The translations under genes and the position numbers were made by a program. From a virus (Duplodnaviria > Caudoviricetes), in the IMG/VR virus record IMGVR_UViG_3300030390_000257, positions 1 through 39,265 of that record: a stretch of DNA of 39,265 bases. The stretch is one strand, 5' to 3'. This document shows, piece after piece, positions 35,608-39,265 of the stretch. The notes beneath the pieces were generated by a model. It did not search any database, was not told where the DNA came from, and was given only the letters and a program-made list of their open reading frames with translations. How positions within the stretch are numbered: position 1 is the stretch's first letter; each line of letters begins with the position of its first letter.

Positions 35608-36017
35608 GCTGCGCTCCTTATCATTTGGGCCACTTCAACAGCCCGGTAACCAACCTGGTGAGCATACCGACTATCCAAGAGTTCATTGGCAGCCTTCTTG
35701 TAATCGCCTTCCTGGATGTACGCTAAGGTCTTCTTAAACTGCATTAGCCTGGGAATACCCATGTTAAAACATAGGTTAACCAGGGCCTCCTGGACAACCT
35801 CTGGCAGCTTAATAAAGCCACGTATGTTTTTCTCCAGGTCAACAACTGCATCCAAGATGTCTTCCTCTAGCATCAATGCAGCCACTGCTGCTGAAATACC
35901 TTTGGCATCTAGGTTGTGCCCTACACCGATGGTATTGGCGTTAGCAGTACACTGGTAGAGGTCCAGGCGTAGACCTTCGTGCCTGGTGATTGTTTCTTTA
36001 AGTTGTTCGATGTTCAT
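35604..36017 (-). CDS. Endolysin, T4-type lysozyme (GH24)
   Basis: HEGLRL..YQC.....TIGVGHN (E-x8-C-x5-T), NLCFNMG, AANELLDSRYA.QV..RA. Confidence 0.9.
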   Translation of the reverse strand: MNIEQLKETITRHEGLRLDLYQCTANANTIGVGHNLDAKGISAAVAALMLEEDILDAVVDLEKNIRGFIKLPEVVQEALVNLCFNMGIPRLMQFKKTLAYIQEGDYKKAANELLDSRYAHQVGYRAVEVAQMIRSAA

Positions 36018-36265
36018 TATTCATATACCTCAGTTGTTGCTGAGTCCACATACTTGGGCTCACACCAGGCTTTCAGCGGCATTTTATAAAGTATTGTCTT
36101 TAGCTTCTCTGGAAAATGTTGCTGCTCTGGAAGTCTATTCTGGAGAGCCAATGTTCTGGAAAAATAGACGCACTCTGGCAGGGATTTCCACGCCCCATAC
36201 TCAGATTTGACTAATTCGCCATCAACATCCGTCATTACAATTAGTACAAAAACTAATATATTCAC
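36017..36265 (-). CDS. Hypothetical protein
   Basis: 82 aa, hydrophobic N-terminus, two spaced Cys; coupled to its neighbours. Confidence 0.55.
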   Translation of the reverse strand: MNILVFVLIVMTDVDGELVKSEYGAWKSLPECVYFSRTLALQNRLPEQQHFPEKLKTILYKMPLKAWCEPKYVDSATTEVYE

Positions 36266-36453
36266 TTAAGCACCTTTGTTGTTTTTTCAACCCATTCTAA
36301 TTTACAGACACACTGCGTTGGTTCGTAGTTCCGCTGTGATTTAGAAAGCTGTTGACACATGTATCTACAGGCTTGAAGGTTTTTGTAGTACACGGTTTTT
36401 TCTTCGTCTACAGAACCATCCAAAAAGAACAGCAACGCAAACGCCATTTTCAC
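36262..36453 (-). CDS. Hypothetical protein
   Basis: 63 aa, hydrophobic N-terminus, CRYMC...CVC. Confidence 0.55.
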   Translation of the reverse strand: MKMAFALLFFLDGSVDEEKTVYYKNLQACRYMCQQLSKSQRNYEPTQCVCKLEWVEKTTKVLK

Positions 36454-36752
36454 GGCTTAGCCAGTAAAGCCTGAACAAGTGCTTGTATCTGTGCATTGGT
36501 TTGCTCTTGGATTTTCTCTTGCCTGGCCAAAGAGTCAATAATAGCGCCAACCTTAGTATCAGTGATGGCAACAGCCTGGCCGTTAGCTTGCGCTTTACTT
36601 GCCGTTTCTTTAACAATGACCGCTATACGCTTTACATCCGCTGTGGTGGCCTCTGCGTTTGCTTGTGCTGCTCCGTAGCTTATTGCTCCCACAAAGACAC
36701 TTACCACCAACGGTAGTGCCCACGTAGGTATGCTTATAGTGTTATCACTCAT
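36450..36752 (-). CDS. Membrane-anchored coiled-coil protein (lysis region, possibly spanin-like)
   Basis: Start MSDNT at 36752 after GAGGAG. One TM segment, then a coiled coil. Confidence 0.6.
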   Translation of the reverse strand: MSDNTISIPTWALPLVVSVFVGAISYGAAQANAEATTADVKRIAVIVKETASKAQANGQAVAITDTKVGAIIDSLARQEKIQEQTNAQIQALVQALLAKP

Positions 36753-36772
36753 TAGTTTTCTCCTCAATTTTC

Positions 36773-36868
36773 TTATACGTCTAACAGTACACCGCAACTG
36801 CCTAAAACACTTAACAACACCACTGCAAAAAGCAGTGCTAACCAATCGTCTTTACTTTTAAAATCCAT
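36773..36868 (-). CDS. Possible 31-aa hydrophobic peptide
   Basis: MDFKSKDDWLALLFAVVLLSVLGSCGVLLDV fills the gap; weak RBS. Confidence 0.35.
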   Translation of the reverse strand: MDFKSKDDWLALLFAVVLLSVLGSCGVLLDV

Positions 36869-36872
36869 ACTT

Positions 36873-37055
36873 CTAGTACCATTTTGCAAATGCTATTGCA
36901 GTTAAGATGAAAGGATATATGGCGAGGACCATCCTCTCTAATCTGTCGAACTTCTTTGAGCCAGACTCTAGCTGCCTTTGTATTCCTTCGTATCGAACCA
37001 GGCACTCTTTCTCATGTGCATCTAGTCGTATCAGAGTCTCTTTTACTGTAGCCAT
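36873..37055 (-). CDS. Small coiled-coil protein with C-terminal TM segment
   Basis: HEKECLVRY...SKKFDRLE followed by a hydrophobic tail; GAGG RBS. Confidence 0.6.
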   Translation of the reverse strand: MATVKETLIRLDAHEKECLVRYEGIQRQLESGSKKFDRLERMVLAIYPFILTAIAFAKWY

Positions 37056-37060
37056 CTAGC

Positions 37061-37198
37061 TCATTTCCTCTTCTTAGCAGTCTTGGCTGCATTCTTAAAG
37101 TCTTTAGCCGTAGGAGCGCCCTTCGCACCCACTGGACGCGGTGCTTTGCCTGCGGCTCGACGTTTGGCGATATTTGCGTACAAACCTTGTTTAGCCAT
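37061..37198 (-). CDS. 45-aa highly basic peptide (GLYANI...GAPT family; not in the ORF track)
   Basis: MAKQGLYANIAKRRAAGKAPRPVGAKGAPTAKDFKNAAKTAKKRK; TAATG overlap with the upstream stop. Confidence 0.75.
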   Translation of the reverse strand: MAKQGLYANIAKRRAAGKAPRPVGAKGAPTAKDFKNAAKTAKKRK

Positions 37199-37524
37199 TA
37201 TGCTTCCCACCCTTCTGGGTATCCGAATAGAATACTTGGGGCTTTAGACTCAGCAATTTGGGCAGCGATAGAGGCTTCCATTGCAGTCACTGTCTCAGAG
37301 CCAAGTGCATCCCTAGTCCAACTTAATACGGTTTCTTTTGTTATAGAATCCCAAGCTACATAGCCATCTTTAGTTGCATCCGGTGAAAAACTTACTGTGC
37401 CATAACTCTGTCCATTGTGGGTTACTTCGCCTACGGTTTCAGAGTCGCTTAAGTGATAATGGACTCTATTTATTCCATCTTGGGGTGTGCGTTCTAGCTG
37501 TGAGATTTTCCAAGTGACTGCCAT
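37198..37524 (-). CDS. Tail-fibre-associated small protein (paralogue of the next gene)
   Basis: MAVTWKISQLER...YVAWDSITKETVLSW...; start overlaps the upstream stop. Confidence 0.65.
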   Translation of the reverse strand: MAVTWKISQLERTPQDGINRVHYHLSDSETVGEVTHNGQSYGTVSFSPDATKDGYVAWDSITKETVLSWTRDALGSETVTAMEASIAAQIAESKAPSILFGYPEGWEA

Positions 37525-37868
37525 TACCAAGGTACTCCTGTGTTTTGAGTTGTAGCACGATCAATTTGACCTTGCACTCTGGCTTTGCGGTTATCTTCAA
37601 TACGCTTTTTAGCTTGAGCCGCTGTTTCCTCACCTTCTTTTAGGCTGTCATATATCCAACCAAGGACGTTAGCTTCTGTTAAATCAGCATATGCGATATA
37701 ACCTGACGCTGAAGCATCATAAGTACAGAGTAGCTTACCCCCCTCTACCGCTGAATAAGATGGAGTGGTGTCAGAGAAAGCATTGCAAGACCAATATGCC
37801 TTGATTACGCCACCATCTGCGTCTACGTGTGTCATGTCGGTCACTGACCAAGTGTTTGTTATAGCCAT
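37524..37868 (-). CDS. Tail-fibre-associated small protein
   Basis: MAITNTWSVTDM...YIAYADLTEANVLGW...GVPW. Confidence 0.65.
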   Translation of the reverse strand: MAITNTWSVTDMTHVDADGGVIKAYWSCNAFSDTTPSYSAVEGGKLLCTYDASASGYIAYADLTEANVLGWIYDSLKEGEETAAQAKKRIEDNRKARVQGQIDRATTQNTGVPW

Positions 37869-37871
37869 TTC

Positions 37872-38165
37872 TTATACTCCTGCGTTTTCGTTTTGAGTTT
37901 TTTTAGCCGCCTTGACCGCATCTGTCCACACTGCTGTAGCGATTGCTTGAACTTCTGCGCTTTCACCTGAAACATCAGTGTCAGTGTGTGTCCAACTATC
38001 GTCAGCGTTCTTTACGGATGAAACGCTTGTAACAACATGGCGGTGAAAACCTGAAGATAGCTCAACGCCATCCTCCATCACTGCGGTTTTAGTTCTGACT
38101 TGTATTTCTTTTGTAGCGCCTACCACTTCTATCTTGTCTTGGGATATTTCTTTTGTTAAAGCCAT
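37872..38165 (-). CDS. Tail-fibre accessory/chaperone-like protein
   Basis: MALTK...DKIEVV...IQVR...EDGVELS..FHRHV...EVQAIATAVWT; a family usually found right after DDYEEGTWTP-type fibres. Confidence 0.65.
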   Translation of the reverse strand: MALTKEISQDKIEVVGATKEIQVRTKTAVMEDGVELSSGFHRHVVTSVSSVKNADDSWTHTDTDVSGESAEVQAIATAVWTDAVKAAKKTQNENAGV

Positions 38166-38210
38166 TGTGTTGCTCCTGTCTGTGCCTAGAGTCCACTAGG
38201 CGTATGGTTG

Positions 38211-39265
38211 TTATGCTGTTGAATAAGTTGCAAATGTGCCACTAAAGTACGGTGTACTATTACCGTTTACCTGTGCCGCAGTCATTTTAATTCCGTTTGC
38301 TTCTGTTGTTGAAAAAAAGGGAGCCATAGTTGTTGCGCCTAACAAGGTTGCCATCTGTACTTGGCTTGTTTGCGTAAAAGTTATCCGACCTGTCAAACAA
38401 GTACCTATTGCATCCTTATTGACAGTAAACGGTAAACCTGTAATGTTTACATCACCTGTGCCCCCACTTGTAGCCCCTGACATAACACAGTTATATTGAA
38501 TAGTTACTTGGCGACCTACTTTTGTATAAGTACCATTACCAATACTAGCATTAGAAAAATCTGTTCCTGTTGTAGTGAAATTAGGAGTCCAAGTACCCTC
38601 CTCATAGTCATCCAAAAGCTCACTTGTTCCAGACCCTGCTGTAGCACTAAAGTCTATTCCATGTCCACTAGCTACTTTTAAATTACCATCTGTAATTATT
38701 ACATCACCAGCACCACCACAAGTAATAGAACCATTGTTATTAACTGTTAAACCTGCTTGTGCAATAGCACCATTAGAATCAACAATACACAATTGAGCAT
38801 ATCTATCAGATGTAGCATTGTTACCTTTAAGAAATAAAGCTCCTCCATAAGAACCTGACCAGATTGGAATATTATTGCCAATTTTAATTTTACCCACATT
38901 GTCAATTCTAAGTCTTTCTCCAACCGCATTATTGTTATAGGTTGAAAAACTCATAAACGAATCAATGTTAGCGTCATCACTTGTCCAAGCGGCTGTTTTA
39001 CCAACCTTAATTAAACCTGCATTATTTTTAACAGTCCCACTATCCCTAGATAATCCAAAACCTATTGCGACAGATTGACTAGTAGAGTTATCTACGTGGT
39101 CTTCGTTACCAACAATAAACGGCATTTGTGCATCATTTCCGTTTCCGATTACATGCAATTCTGTATCGGGTGTGGCGTGTCCAATAGCAATTTTATTAGT
39201 GCCACCATCAACGAACAGCATATTAGCGTTGCCGTCAGACTCAACGCGGAAGTCTAGGTCTGCAC
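38211..39265 (-). CDS. Tail fibre protein, C-terminal part (open at the right edge)
   Basis: The frame stays open upstream of the track's ATG (ADLDFRVESDGNANMLFVDGG). Contains GIDFSAT...LLDDYEEGTWTP and YTKVGRQV. Confidence 0.85.
   Translation of the reverse strand, partial: ADLDFRVESDGNANMLFVDGGTNKIAIGHATPDTELHVIGNGNDAQMPFIVGNEDHVDNSTSQSVAIGFGLSRDSGTVKNNAGLIKVGKTAAWTSDDANIDSFMSFSTYNNNAVGERLRIDNVGKIKIGNNIPIWSGSYGGALFLKGNNATSDRYAQLCIVDSNGAIAQAGLTVNNNGSITCGGAGDVIITDGNLKVASGHGIDFSATAGSGTSELLDDYEEGTWTPNFTTTGTDFSNASIGNGTYTKVGRQVTIQYNCVMSGATSGGTGDVNITGLPFTVNKDAIGTCLTGRITFTQTSQVQMATLLGATTMAPFFSTTEANGIKMTAAQVNGNSTPYFSGTFATYSTA

Larger units (their letters stand above)
1..39265 (-). mobile_element. 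Near-complete temperate podovirus genome (T7-like RNAP/replication module, integrase/attP, P22/phiEco32-like head-tail module), circularly permuted
   Basis: Co-oriented phage genes for terminase, portal, scaffold, capsid, tail, lysis, RNAP, primase-helicase, DNA polymerase and integrase. No host genes. Both edges fall in tail-fibre coding sequence. Confidence 0.95.

Noticed and set aside
35604-36017. Inactive lysozyme because the catalytic Asp is replaced by Cys
   Set aside because: E-x8-C-x5-T is a known functional variant of T4-type lysozymes.
38211-39265. Diversity-generating retroelement acting on the tail fibre
   Set aside because: No reverse transcriptase and no TR/VR repeat pair is visible.

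Overview
The window is an essentially complete (~39 kb), circularly permuted genome of a temperate podovirus, probably marine. It breaks inside a tail-fibre gene at both edges, and every credible gene is on the minus strand. It has a T7-like transcription/replication module: single-subunit RNA polymerase, gp2.5 SSB, gp3 endonuclease, gp4 primase-helicase, gp5 DNA polymerase, gp5.7-like protein, gp6 exonuclease and gp1.7/DUF3310. A tyrosine integrase lies next to an attP made of the 3' part of a CAT-anticodon tRNA. The morphogenesis module is not T7-like; it resembles P22/phiEco32 types. The main hidden feature is a 272-nt ORF-less group I intron (3399-3670, IA2-like, with all core elements readable) that splits the major capsid gene. 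The ORF track's 269-aa capsid call is therefore a truncation of a 293-aa spliced protein. Other observations: (1) a repeated phage-RNAP promoter motif, with one copy in front of the RNAP gene; (2) a large ejection protein carrying ART-like and HExxH domains; (3) a 1302-aa coiled-coil fibre/needle built from 11-, 18- and 32-residue repeats; (4) a post-capsid hairpin with an anti-Shine-Dalgarno loop; (5) strong CCWGG enrichment in core genes; (6) a likely packaging/terminus region between the replication and tail genes. All family assignments come from motif recognition by eye, not from database searches.
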